From positions 3,188 to 67,187 of the forward strand of contig DYTB01000002.1 in assembly GCA_020726185.1 (NCBI GenBank): DNA of 64,000 bases, read 5' to 3'. The position numbers and the translations under genes were made by a program. The notes beneath the pieces were generated by a model. It was given only the letters and a program-made list of their open reading frames with translations. It was not told the DNA's origin and did no database searches. How positions within the stretch are numbered: position 1 is the first letter of the stretch; every line of letters starts with the position of its first letter. Shown piece after piece: positions 44,140-53,536 of this stretch. The stretch is from Candidatus Odyssella sp. Lineage in GTDB: Bacteria; Pseudomonadota; Alphaproteobacteria; Paracaedibacterales; CAITNM01.

Positions 44140-45498
44140 CTAAAACAATGTTTTCTGTTCTTTAACGGGCTGCACGCGAACTTTTCCATCAGCAAAGTGA
44201 ATGTTCGCTTCTTTCATTGTTTTTAGAGTCTGCGCAGATCTAACAACCCCCTTATCACCTTCAACTAAACAGAAGCCTTTTTCTAAGGTTCGTTGGTAAG
44301 AATTTTGACTCAGTAACATTGATTGCCACTTCAGGGCTTGTTCTTTTTCAAAAAAAGAGTTTGCAAAGGTCGTTGTTAATGGCTGAATAGCTTTTTCTAG
44401 TTGCTGTTCTGCCTGTTCAACATTCTTAAGGGCCGATGGAATTTTTATAGCGTTTAAAAGGTGCTGCTGACGTTCCAAAAACACCACGCTGGAGCGTACA
44501 TAGCGTTCAAACCATTCATCTAGCCGTTGGTTTTTTTCAAGTACAATTGACGGTAAATCAGGAATTCTGCGGCTTAGATTTTCCAGCATTAACTTGTAGC
44601 GTTCTTGGGTTTGCAATGTTATTCGCTGCAACCTAGTTTCTGATTCACTAATAAACAGCTTTAAACTTTGCTGGTCAGGCGTAGCAAATTCAGCAGCCGC
44701 TGTGGGCGTTGGTGCGCGCTTGTCAGATGCAAAATCAATTAAGGTTGTGTCGGTTTCGTGGCCAACTGCGGAAATAATAGGAATTTCACTAAATGCGGCA
44801 GCACGCACAACATTTTCTTCGTTAAATGCCCACAAATCTTCAAGGCTGCCACCACCACGGGCCACAATTAGCACATCTGGTCGTTGAGCTAGATTATTAA
44901 AGCCTTTGATTGCTGCGGTTATTTGATCAGATGACCCCGGTCCCTGCACCAACACTGGCCAAACCAAAACATGACAGGGAAAGCGATCACCAATTCTGTG
45001 TAAAATATCACGAATCACAGCACCCGTTGGCGAAGTGATTACACCAATGGTACTGGGGAATTTTGGTAGTTCACGCTTACGGTCAAACAAACCTTCTTTT
45101 TGCAATTTAATTTTTCGGTCTTGCAAAATTTTAAGTAGGGCCCCCTGCCCTGCAGCTTCGACGTGGCTAATAACCATTTGGTATTTTGAACGTCCGCCGT
45201 AGGTGGTCAGTTTACCAGTGGCTATAACCTCTAGCCCGTCTTGAAGAGGGGCTGTGGTTTTTGTTCCACGCCACATAACGGCATCGAGCACACAGTCAGC
45301 GTCACGCAGGGCAAAATATGCGTGACCAGAGCTGTGCAACTTAAACCCAGAGATTTCACCACGCACGCACACTTGCGCGAATTGCGATTCAACCGCTCGC
45401 TTTAAAAGCTGGGAAAGCTCAGAAACAGAAAAAACCGCTACATTTTCAGCTTGGGCGTACACATTAACCAAATAATTTGAAACTTTTATTATAGTCAT
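44140..45498 (-). CDS. xseA: exodeoxyribonuclease VII large subunit
   Basis: OB-fold N-terminus [22 protein letters not shown], then the [30 protein letters not shown] and [12 protein letters not shown] motifs. Confidence 0.92.
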   Translation of the reverse strand: MTIIKVSNYLVNVYAQAENVAVFSVSELSQLLKRAVESQFAQVCVRGEISGFKLHSSGHAYFALRDADCVLDAVMWRGTKTTAPLQDGLEVIATGKLTTYGGRSKYQMVISHVEAAGQGALLKILQDRKIKLQKEGLFDRKRELPKFPSTIGVITSPTGAVIRDILHRIGDRFPCHVLVWPVLVQGPGSSDQITAAIKGFNNLAQRPDVLIVARGGGSLEDLWAFNEENVVRAAAFSEIPIISAVGHETDTTLIDFASDKRAPTPTAAAEFATPDQQSLKLFISESETRLQRITLQTQERYKLMLENLSRRIPDLPSIVLEKNQRLDEWFERYVRSSVVFLERQQHLLNAIKIPSALKNVEQAEQQLEKAIQPLTTTFANSFFEKEQALKWQSMLLSQNSYQRTLEKGFCLVEGDKGVVRSAQTLKTMKEANIHFADGKVRVQPVKEQKTLF

Positions 45499-45547
45499 AG
45501 CACAAATTCCTCTTTATGTTTCCATTAAAAACCTGCAAACTACCCCG

Positions 45548-46759
45548 ATGCCTTACGATAATTTTTTTGAGCAAGAACTAAATGTTTTAAAATCAGAGGG
45601 ACGCTACCGTGTCTTTGCTGATTTAGAGCGGCATGCCCATAATTCACCTGTTGCAACGTGGCATTCTGCCAATGGACCCAAGTCGGTAGTTGTTTGGTGC
45701 AGCAATGATTATTTAGGTATGAGCCATCACCCCAGCGTTATTGAAGCGGCGGTACAAGCAACTAAAACATATGGTGCTGGTTCTGGTGGCACGCGTAATA
45801 TTTCAGGCACGGCCCATTTACATGTAGAGCTTGAACGTACCATTGCGGACTTGCACGAAAAAGAAGCTGGATTAGTTTTTACATCTGGCTACGTAGCCAA
45901 TGAAGCTGCATTGTGCACCTTAGCTAAAGGCCTGCCTAATTGTGTGGCATTTTGCGATGAAAAAATTCATGCATCCATGATTCATGGCATAAGCCACAGT
46001 CGTGTACCCAAGCATGTATTTTCTCACAATAATTTAGATGAATTACGCAAACAGCTAGAGCAATATGACAAAAAGCAACCTAAGCTGATTGCTTTTGTTT
46101 CTGTATATTCCATGGAGGGAGATTTTGCCCCCATAGAAGTTATTTGCGATTTGGCTAAAGAATACAATGCCCTAACCTATTTAGATGAAGTACACGCAGT
46201 TGGCATATATGGCAAGGGCGGTGCGGGTTTGGCCAATGCGCTTAATCAACAACACCGCATTGATGTTATTCAAGGAAATTTTGCAAAAGCTTATGGCGTG
46301 ATTGGTGGCTACATTACTGGGTCAAAATCCCTAGTTGATTATGTGCGCAGTTTGGCTTCGGGTTTTATTTTTACAACATCTCTTCCGCCTATGGTGGCAA
46401 GCGCTGCAACAACATCTATTAAAGTATTGCAAGAAGCGGATGACCTGCGCGAGAAGCTTTGGGATAATGTTAACTTGTTAAAAAGCCTTTTGGCTAAAAC
46501 ACAAGTCAATTACCACAATACCCCAAGCCATATTGTGCCAGTGGTTATTGGTGACGCCAAAGCCTGCAAAGACTTTACCGATGCACTTTTACACGATTTT
46601 GGTATTTACGTACAACCAATCAATTACCCAACTGTCCCCAGAGGGGAAGAGCGCCTGCGCCTAACGGTAACACCGTTTCATACCAAAGAAATGATTCATG
46701 ATATGGTCAATGCCCTTAATTCATTGTGGGGCAAATTCTTTATGAAAATGGCTGGGTAG
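45548..46759 (+). CDS. hemA: 5-aminolevulinate synthase
   Basis: LKSEGRYRVFADLER, VWCSNDYLGM, SGTRNISGT and the PLP-lysine region TLSKAYGVIGGY-like NFAKAYGVIGGY. 403 aa. Alpha-proteobacterial ALAS. Confidence 0.92.
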   Translation: MPYDNFFEQELNVLKSEGRYRVFADLERHAHNSPVATWHSANGPKSVVVWCSNDYLGMSHHPSVIEAAVQATKTYGAGSGGTRNISGTAHLHVELERTIADLHEKEAGLVFTSGYVANEAALCTLAKGLPNCVAFCDEKIHASMIHGISHSRVPKHVFSHNNLDELRKQLEQYDKKQPKLIAFVSVYSMEGDFAPIEVICDLAKEYNALTYLDEVHAVGIYGKGGAGLANALNQQHRIDVIQGNFAKAYGVIGGYITGSKSLVDYVRSLASGFIFTTSLPPMVASAATTSIKVLQEADDLREKLWDNVNLLKSLLAKTQVNYHNTPSHIVPVVIGDAKACKDFTDALLHDFGIYVQPINYPTVPRGEERLRLTVTPFHTKEMIHDMVNALNSLWGKFFMKMAG

Positions 46760-46760
46760 A

Positions 46761-47204
46761 TTACTTCGCCAATTCAACAACTAAGCTGTTTCCAGAAACT
46801 TCCACAACCTTAACTTTTGAACCAGTTGGGAGATCAGGCCCTGTTACTGTCCAGTGGCCATCTCCAATTTTCACACGCGCTTGTCCGTTTGTGATTGGTT
46901 CTTGAAGGGTGATCGTTTTATTGATCATCGCTTTTTTCATGTTGTTGACTAAAAACTTAGGTTCTTTGTTTTGGAACTTATAGCCAAAAAAGCTAACTAC
47001 CAAACCAAGCACCAAGAAAATGACAATGGCAGGAGCGCCTGAAAAACCTAATAAGTATACAAGAACAGAGGTAAGCAAACCGCTAATACCAAACCACAAC
47101 ATAAATATGCCTGGAAACATTAGCTCAAACGCTAGAAAGGCCACGCCTAAGCTCATCCACTGCCAAGCAGCCATATTCATACAAAAATTAAACATCGCAT
47201 CCAT
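46761..47204 (-). CDS. NfeD family membrane protein
   Basis: N-terminal TM segments and a C-terminal OB-like GQARVKIGDGHWTVTGPDLPTGSKVKVVEV. It lies downstream of the SPFH gene. Confidence 0.8.
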   Translation of the reverse strand: MDAMFNFCMNMAAWQWMSLGVAFLAFELMFPGIFMLWFGISGLLTSVLVYLLGFSGAPAIVIFLVLGLVVSFFGYKFQNKEPKFLVNNMKKAMINKTITLQEPITNGQARVKIGDGHWTVTGPDLPTGSKVKVVEVSGNSLVVELAK

Positions 47205-47216
47205 AAATTATCTCCG

Positions 47217-48140
47217 TTAGGCTTTCTTTGATTTTGGGTTTGAATCGGTAGCGTCTAAAAGCTCACGAATTCCTTGAATTGAACTTAGCATATTCGTAGC
47301 TTCATAAGGTAGCATAATCACCTTCTGATTTGGTGAGCATGCAAGGTCTTTGAATGCTTGAACGTAGCGTTCAGCAATGAAATATTGTAATGGCATTGGT
47401 CCACTAGTCTTGATAGCATTTGACATTGCGATAGTAGCGTTTGCTTCTGCTTCTGCTAAACGTTCACGACCATCAGCTTCACGGCGCGCAGCCTCTAACT
47501 TACCTTCAGCTTGCAGAACAGCTGCTTGCTTTTCGCCTTCAGCTTTTAGAATTTCAGATTGACGCTGGCCTTCTGCTTCTAAAATTGAAGCACGTTTTTC
47601 GCGTTCTGCTTTCATTTGGCGCCCCATGGAATCAACCAAATCTTTAGGAGGCTTAATATCTTTAATTTCAATACGAGTCACTTTTGTGCCCCATGGGTGT
47701 GTAGCACCATCAATTACAGACAATAAACGCGCATTAATTTTTTCGCGACATGACAGCAATTCATCTAAGTCCATTGACCCCATAACAGTACGAATGTTGG
47801 TCATAGTTAAATTTAAAATTGCAACTTGAAGGTTAGTCACTTCGTATGCTGCTTTAGATGCGTCAAGAATTTGATAAAAGATTACCCCGTCAACATTCAC
47901 GACTGCGTTGTCTTTCGTAATAATGTCTTGCGATGGAACTTGTAAGACCGATTCCATCATATTTATTTTTGACCCAACTGCGTCAACGAAAGGAATAATT
48001 AGGTTCAGACCAGGTTTTAAGGTTTGAATGTAGCGACCAAAACGTTCAACTGTGTGTTCATACCCTTGTGGCACAACGCGTACTGATCGTATTAAATAAA
48101 TACCAACCAGCGCAGCAACGCCGTAAATTACGTATTCCAT
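47217..48140 (-). CDS. SPFH/band 7 (stomatin-like) protein
   Basis: [15 protein letters not shown]...LNLIIPFVD...[21 protein letters not shown] and an Ala/Glu-rich coiled coil. I chose the start at ATG 48140 (MEYVIYGV). The track ORF extends to 48194. Confidence 0.9.
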   Translation of the reverse strand: MEYVIYGVAALVGIYLIRSVRVVPQGYEHTVERFGRYIQTLKPGLNLIIPFVDAVGSKINMMESVLQVPSQDIITKDNAVVNVDGVIFYQILDASKAAYEVTNLQVAILNLTMTNIRTVMGSMDLDELLSCREKINARLLSVIDGATHPWGTKVTRIEIKDIKPPKDLVDSMGRQMKAEREKRASILEAEGQRQSEILKAEGEKQAAVLQAEGKLEAARREADGRERLAEAEANATIAMSNAIKTSGPMPLQYFIAERYVQAFKDLACSPNQKVIMLPYEATNMLSSIQGIRELLDATDSNPKSKKA

Positions 48141-48168
48141 TGGAATTACCCTTACTTTTTTGCCAAGG

Positions 48169-48771
48169 TTACCATAACCATGATTTTTTGGCACCTGTTA
48201 CCTTTATAGTTGCAAGCGTTGCATTGTAGCGTCCTATACAGCCACCATCATATTCAATGTCTTCCTTTAGTTTTTTCATATAAAGGTAAACAGGTTCGGT
48301 TGTGGCTTTGTAATAGGGTTCTCCGCGGATTCTATCACCACTAAACATAGAGATAAGCTGACGCTTCGCTAAAAATATTCCACAATATTTTAGGCATCTT
48401 TCTATTGTAGCGTTGGAATCTCCCTCAACAGCGTCTTCTGAAGCAAAAAACTCTTCTTGAAATACGTCTATGTCAGTAAATGTTTTGATTTTTGCGCTTA
48501 AGGCAAGCCCCTCGTCGCGTTTAAGTTTGAAATTGGCGTAGCGGTCTAATATGGAATTCATACTTTTCATATGTTCAATAAGACGTTCACGACCTGCAAA
48601 TTGTGTGGTTTGTGATAATGAGTCCATTTCTTGTTGAGTATAGATTTTGCATACTGACCACTCCCTTAGGCAATATTCTATATCACCCAGATAAGATTCA
48701 ATTTCAGACAGTTCGCCACAGGCCCATATGCAAGGCCATAAGGAAAGAAGTACAAAAACCTTATCAATCAT
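48169..48771 (-). CDS. hypothetical secreted protein (ORFan)
   Basis: 200 aa. Signal [17 protein letters not shown]. No motif recognised. Confidence 0.45.
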   Translation of the reverse strand: MIDKVFVLLSLWPCIWACGELSEIESYLGDIEYCLREWSVCKIYTQQEMDSLSQTTQFAGRERLIEHMKSMNSILDRYANFKLKRDEGLALSAKIKTFTDIDVFQEEFFASEDAVEGDSNATIERCLKYCGIFLAKRQLISMFSGDRIRGEPYYKATTEPVYLYMKKLKEDIEYDGGCIGRYNATLATIKVTGAKKSWLW

Positions 48772-48937
48772 TACCTATTTGAGTAACTATATTTAGTGTA
48801 AGGAGTAATTAATGAACAAATAGTAAATATTGTGAAAAATATTTCGCCTCTTCTACGTGCTGTCACTTTTGCGTAGATTAAAAAAACAAAAAGACTTAAC
48901 ATGCGAAGTTAAGAATCAACGTCCACATTAGTGTTTT

Positions 48938-50221
48938 ATGCGCAATCAAACTCCGCCAATAATTACTCAAGCAACCGGAAAGGCTTTGCGCCTAAAGGAC
49001 AATTGCTTTGCAGAAGTAATAAGCAGTAGTGGCGATACAGAACTGCCGTTTTGCCTTCCGGGGGAAGAAGTTGAGTTTGAGCGAGTGCAATACCCAAGGC
49101 GCACCAATACGTATTTCAAACAAGTACTTAAGCCATCTAGTGAACGACAACCCGCAGCATGCAAACATTTCACCGCTTGCGGGGGGTGCATACTACAGCA
49201 CGCTAGTGAAGGCTTTTATAAAGAATTCAAAACGGCGTTGCTGACTCAGGCATTTTTAGATAACGACTTGAACCCTTATGTTATTGAACCTATTAAAGTA
49301 GTACCACCGGCCCAACGGCGCAGGGCGAACCTTGAAGCTGTCAAAAAAGGTGATAAGCTTTTTATGGGCTTTCACCGCCTGCAAAGCCACCAGATTATTG
49401 ATATGGAAGAATGCCCGGTTTTAACGCAACCGTTGCAAGACGCCCTGCCCCTTTTGCGCACAGCCTTAGAAAACCTGCTTGAGCCCTTTCAAAAATCAAC
49501 AATTTTTATTTTAGAGCTAGAAGGCTTAGTAGATATTGCCATTGAAGTTCAAGGGATGAATCAGCTAACTGAAGATCAACGCACTCAGCTAAGCGCTATT
49601 GCTGAACAAGCTAAGTGGAATAGGCTGCAATTTAGGCATCGCAAGATGTATGACGTGCTATGGCAAGTAGCACCTATGACAACTAAATTTGGTCAATTAA
49701 CTGTACCGGTCGATCCTTGGGCGTTTTTACAAGCAAGCAGTCTGGCGCAGGGGTGGATGCAAAACATTGTGACGCAAACCCTTGATAAAGCAGGTCAGCA
49801 AACAAAGCTGTTAGATTTATTTTGTGGGCGAGGCACGTTCAGTGGCGTTTTGCTAGACTACGGACCGGTAGATGCGTTTGAAGGCGCGCCTAAAGCTATT
49901 GAAGTGCTTACAGAAGCAGCCAAAGATTTTCCATTATCTGCATACGTACAAGACTTGTTCGAAAATCCTTTAGATACAAAAACATTAAATGACTATAGTA
50001 TGGTGGTGATTGACCCTCCGCGTGCCGGTGCTGAAAAGCAAATACAGCAACTAGCCCTAAGCAAGGTACCGTTGATTATTTATATTTCATGTAATCCCCA
50101 TACGTTTGCCAGAGACGCAAAAGTTTTGGAAAATGGCGGATACACCTTGAAAGTTGTGCACCCAGTAGACCAATTTTTATGGGCTGCTCATTTAGAAGTA
50201 GTTGGAATTTTCAGAAAATAG
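48938..50221 (+). CDS. class I SAM-dependent RNA (uracil-5-)-methyltransferase, RlmD/RumA-like
   Basis: Fe-S cluster Cys motif CKHFTACGGCILQH, DLFCGRGTF (motif I), VIDPPRAGA and the catalytic YISCNP. Confidence 0.85.
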   Translation: MRNQTPPIITQATGKALRLKDNCFAEVISSSGDTELPFCLPGEEVEFERVQYPRRTNTYFKQVLKPSSERQPAACKHFTACGGCILQHASEGFYKEFKTALLTQAFLDNDLNPYVIEPIKVVPPAQRRRANLEAVKKGDKLFMGFHRLQSHQIIDMEECPVLTQPLQDALPLLRTALENLLEPFQKSTIFILELEGLVDIAIEVQGMNQLTEDQRTQLSAIAEQAKWNRLQFRHRKMYDVLWQVAPMTTKFGQLTVPVDPWAFLQASSLAQGWMQNIVTQTLDKAGQQTKLLDLFCGRGTFSGVLLDYGPVDAFEGAPKAIEVLTEAAKDFPLSAYVQDLFENPLDTKTLNDYSMVVIDPPRAGAEKQIQQLALSKVPLIIYISCNPHTFARDAKVLENGGYTLKVVHPVDQFLWAAHLEVVGIFRK

Positions 50222-50330
50222 AATAGCCATACTACATACTAAATGGCGAAAATGCATAAACTCCTTTCATTTTATTGCTGAGTAGTTCAAAATTTTTATA
50301 TGGACTACTGACCTATGAAAAGGAATACGT

Positions 50331-50762
50331 ATGAAATGCTTGCGTTTAGTCTGTTTAGTTTCTTTGATTATTCCCCCTATTTTTGCTACTGCAGGTGACG
50401 GCAGTTGGGAAAATTTATATTCTCTTGATGAAACACCAAAACCCACAAGTAGCAGTAGGCATGGAGATGATGATAGCGATGATTCAGATACAGAAGTTTC
50501 CGTAACGCATAGAAACGATAAAATTGCCGCCATTCAGCTTTCTTTGCTTGATACACGCGTTCGTCTTGAAGCCATTTTTAATGCATTAAATTGTGAACAG
50601 CCGAATATAGATGAGGCTATCGTTGCACTGAGCCATTATCAATGTTTGCTTATCGCCAAAGTTCCCACTATGTTGCAAGAGCTTCAGCGCATTAAAGAAC
50701 TGCAGGACGCATCAGCGCAATCCAATGGAGATAATGAAAAAGAAGATGAGCCTAAATTCTAA
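50331..50762 (+). CDS. hypothetical secreted protein (ORFan)
   Basis: Signal MKCLRLVCLVSLIIPPIFATA, an acidic HGDDDSDDSD stretch and a helical remainder. Confidence 0.45.
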   Translation: MKCLRLVCLVSLIIPPIFATAGDGSWENLYSLDETPKPTSSSRHGDDDSDDSDTEVSVTHRNDKIAAIQLSLLDTRVRLEAIFNALNCEQPNIDEAIVALSHYQCLLIAKVPTMLQELQRIKELQDASAQSNGDNEKEDEPKF

Positions 50763-51493
50763 CTCTTAGTCCACTTTGCAGCCATTAGCAGCGGGGTGTA
50801 CAAATCTTCTTTCATGCTGATAGTGACGCTTTTTTCTTCCGCAGCAGTTGGGGCACATGATGTGAATTTTATTTTAGGAGCATTACGTATAATTGCTAGG
50901 GGGGTTTGTTCATCCCCCTCTCCCATCATGAAAACAGCAGAGGTTGCCAATGCATCAAGAATATTGATTTGAGTTACATGTAGCAGGTTTCCATAAATAT
51001 CTGGCTTATTAACATAAGAATGCAGCGGTTCAAACCCACACCAACCCAAGGTAATTCCCGTAACGCCCCGACGCATTGGGGTTGTATGACTATCGGTAAT
51101 AATAACCCCTAAGTTTTTTATGGAAAATTTAGTAGTCAAATGTTGCCAAATTGTGTGGGCAACAGCCTGCACGTTTTGGGGGTACAAAATATACATCCTA
51201 TTGCTATTTGATTCATCAATGCCTGCAGAGGGAATAAGTATGTTGTCTTTAATGGTAAGGTAGAGGTCATACGGATTATGATTTGTTTGCAAAACGCTGT
51301 CAGCTTCACGGACTATAAGATCACGTTTGGAAATAGATGATTTTTCCACCACTCGCCCCTGACAAAGACTAACAATTTTTGAAGTAATGGCCAAAATATC
51401 GCCATTATTAAGATTAGTCACATATTGGTCTAGAACATTTTCCAAGGATTCATTTGTAGATACCTTATGAGTTTTGATTGCATTAATTTGCAT
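50759..51493 (-). CDS. CofE/F420-0:gamma-glutamyl ligase family protein (FolC2-like putative folylpolyglutamate ligase)
   Basis: GDILAITSKIVSLCQGRVV, ILIPSAGIDESN and GVIITDSHTTPMRRG match the CofE-family blocks. Its start overlaps the stop of folD. Confidence 0.7.
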   Translation of the reverse strand: MQINAIKTHKVSTNESLENVLDQYVTNLNNGDILAITSKIVSLCQGRVVEKSSISKRDLIVREADSVLQTNHNPYDLYLTIKDNILIPSAGIDESNSNRMYILYPQNVQAVAHTIWQHLTTKFSIKNLGVIITDSHTTPMRRGVTGITLGWCGFEPLHSYVNKPDIYGNLLHVTQINILDALATSAVFMMGEGDEQTPLAIIRNAPKIKFTSCAPTAAEEKSVTISMKEDLYTPLLMAAKWTKS

Positions 51494-52349
51494 GTCGAAG
51501 TGCTGCCAATACCGTATTACTCAAAAGTTTAGTAATAGTCATGGGGCCCACCCCAAAAGGAACAGGAGTCAACCAACCAGCCACGGCTGCAACTGATTCA
51601 TGCACATCACCCAATAGCTTATTCTCACATCTAGTCATGCCCACATCAATTACTACAGCACCTGGCTTTATGTAATCAGCTGTAATGAAATTAGGGTGGC
51701 CAATTGCGGCAACAACAATGTCAGCTTCACGAGCTATCTCTTTTGCATTAGTGGAAATGGAATGGACTATTGTAACTGTGGCGTTAGCCGCTTCAAGCAA
51801 AAGCGCCATGGGGCGCCCTACTAAAATGGATCGACCAAATACTACGGCTCTTTTACCCGCTGGTTCTATTGCCTGTGTAATAAGATCCATGCATCCAAGT
51901 GGGGTGCAAGGAATAAATGCGGGGCGTTTACTCATTAAGAGGCCAAGATTATGAGGCGTTAATCCATCAACATCTTTTTCTGGATTTAAAATATCTAACA
52001 ATGCGTTAGCATTTAAGCCATTCGGCAATGGTAACTGAATAAGAATACCATCAACTGATGAATCAGTATTCAGGTCTTCTATTATTTTTTGAAGTTCAGC
52101 TTGAGGTGTATTTGCTCCCAGCTTCAATACTCTAGATTCAATACCAACACTTTTACAGGCTTTTTGTTTTGCCCCAACATAAACAAGACTTGAAGGATGC
52201 TCCCCAACCAAAACAACGGTAAGACACGGAGCCCACCCTCTGTTTAATTTTATTTCTTTAGCAGATTGAGCTATAAGAACTTGCTGGGCATCTGCCAGGG
52301 TTGTTCCGCAAAGAATTTTAGCTGTTTGATGTGTATTGAACTTAGTCAC
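51483..52349 (-). CDS. folD: bifunctional methylenetetrahydrofolate dehydrogenase/methenyltetrahydrofolate cyclohydrolase
   Basis: PCLTVVLVGEHPSSLVYV..K, ILIQLPLP, DVDGL, PCTPLG, GRSILVGRP and TPVPFGVGPMT motifs. Confidence 0.95.
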   Translation of the reverse strand: MTKFNTHQTAKILCGTTLADAQQVLIAQSAKEIKLNRGWAPCLTVVLVGEHPSSLVYVGAKQKACKSVGIESRVLKLGANTPQAELQKIIEDLNTDSSVDGILIQLPLPNGLNANALLDILNPEKDVDGLTPHNLGLLMSKRPAFIPCTPLGCMDLITQAIEPAGKRAVVFGRSILVGRPMALLLEAANATVTIVHSISTNAKEIAREADIVVAAIGHPNFITADYIKPGAVVIDVGMTRCENKLLGDVHESVAAVAGWLTPVPFGVGPMTITKLLSNTVLAALRHAN

Positions 52350-52356
52350 CTATATT

Positions 52357-52986
52357 TTATGCTGCTGTTTTTTTAGATCTTACCAATTTGAAGCTTGATG
52401 TTTTTGTGCTAACAAGCTGTTGATGTGTGCTCACATCAATTTGTTTTAATGCATTCATCACTTTTGTAAAGTACATGTTTTGATACCTAGCAACTGGAGA
52501 ATGATAGAATTTCACAGCCTTTTCCCAAGAACCATGAATTTGTTTCAGAGAAGCCAGGTATTTAGCTGCATACGGTACATTGTTATTAGGATCAAGAAAT
52601 TCTTCAGCAGTTTTAAAGCGCTTTTGGTGATAAGCATAATTAATTTGCAAAATACCGATGTTAATATCAATAATTCCTTGATTTCTCAACTCTCTTATAT
52701 ACTGCTTAGCTGCGTCATGATTGGTAAACATGCGAGCCTTTCCATTACAGTTTACTGCAAATGGAGTGTGTTCTGATTCAACGGCTCCGATAGCTGCCAA
52801 CAACCCTGCTGGAATTCCGTGCACTTGTTCAAGCTGTTTAATAAGGTTTTTGCAGTCTTTTTTTGAAAAATTTAACCGCTTCGGGGTTTTGTTTTTTAAA
52901 CCGGGAGCAACCATTGCATTTGCTGGTTGTAAATTACTTAGCGTTACAAGTAAGGGAAGAAAAAAACGACCTAATTTATTCTGCAT
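52357..52986 (-). CDS. lytic transglycosylase (SLT domain) protein
   Basis: Signal peptide, then GIPAGLLAAIGAVESEHTPFAVNCNG...INIGILQINYAYH (catalytic Glu in VESE). I chose the start at ATG 52986 (MQNKLGRFF). Confidence 0.8.
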   Translation of the reverse strand: MQNKLGRFFLPLLVTLSNLQPANAMVAPGLKNKTPKRLNFSKKDCKNLIKQLEQVHGIPAGLLAAIGAVESEHTPFAVNCNGKARMFTNHDAAKQYIRELRNQGIIDINIGILQINYAYHQKRFKTAEEFLDPNNNVPYAAKYLASLKQIHGSWEKAVKFYHSPVARYQNMYFTKVMNALKQIDVSTHQQLVSTKTSSFKLVRSKKTAA

Positions 52987-53536
52987 ACTGACAGACCTCC
53001 TGAACTTCTGGAACATAATATTTTAGCATATTTTCAATGCCTGATTTTAATGTCTCGGTTGAACTAGGGCAGCCACTGCATGCCCCGCGAAGCTTTAAAT
53101 AAACAATCCCATCTTTAAATGATTCAAAAGTGATGTCACCACCATCCATAGCTACTGATGGACGTACGCGGGTGTCAATAATCTCTCGAATTTGCTTAAT
53201 AAGTGGGTCTGATTCATCCACAGCTTCTTCGGTATTTCCTGTGTAGATTGGAAGTCCATTAATGAAATGTTCCATTAAAAGCCCGAGAATGACTGGCTTT
53301 AAAACATACCAATCAAACGATTCTTGCTTGGTGATGGAAACGTAATCAGCACTAAAAAAAACTCCTTCAATGCCTTCAACCAACAACAACCTTTTAGCAA
53401 GCGGCGATGCCGATGCGTCTTGGTTCCTTTTGAATTCAAGGGATTTTACACCCAAATCCTCAGTCAATACCGGATTTTCCGGTATAAATTTTAAAGTCTG
53501 TGGATTTGGAGTTTCTTCAGTTTGAATAAACATCAA
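52976..53536 (-). CDS. NifU/Nfu-type iron-sulfur cluster scaffold protein
   Basis: The N-terminal Nfu_N pattern MFIQTEETPNPQTLKF and the C-terminal DGGDITF...YLKLRGACSGCPSS CxxC motif. Confidence 0.85.
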   Translation of the reverse strand: MMFIQTEETPNPQTLKFIPENPVLTEDLGVKSLEFKRNQDASASPLAKRLLLVEGIEGVFFSADYVSITKQESFDWYVLKPVILGLLMEHFINGLPIYTGNTEEAVDESDPLIKQIREIIDTRVRPSVAMDGGDITFESFKDGIVYLKLRGACSGCPSSTETLKSGIENMLKYYVPEVQEVCQYAE

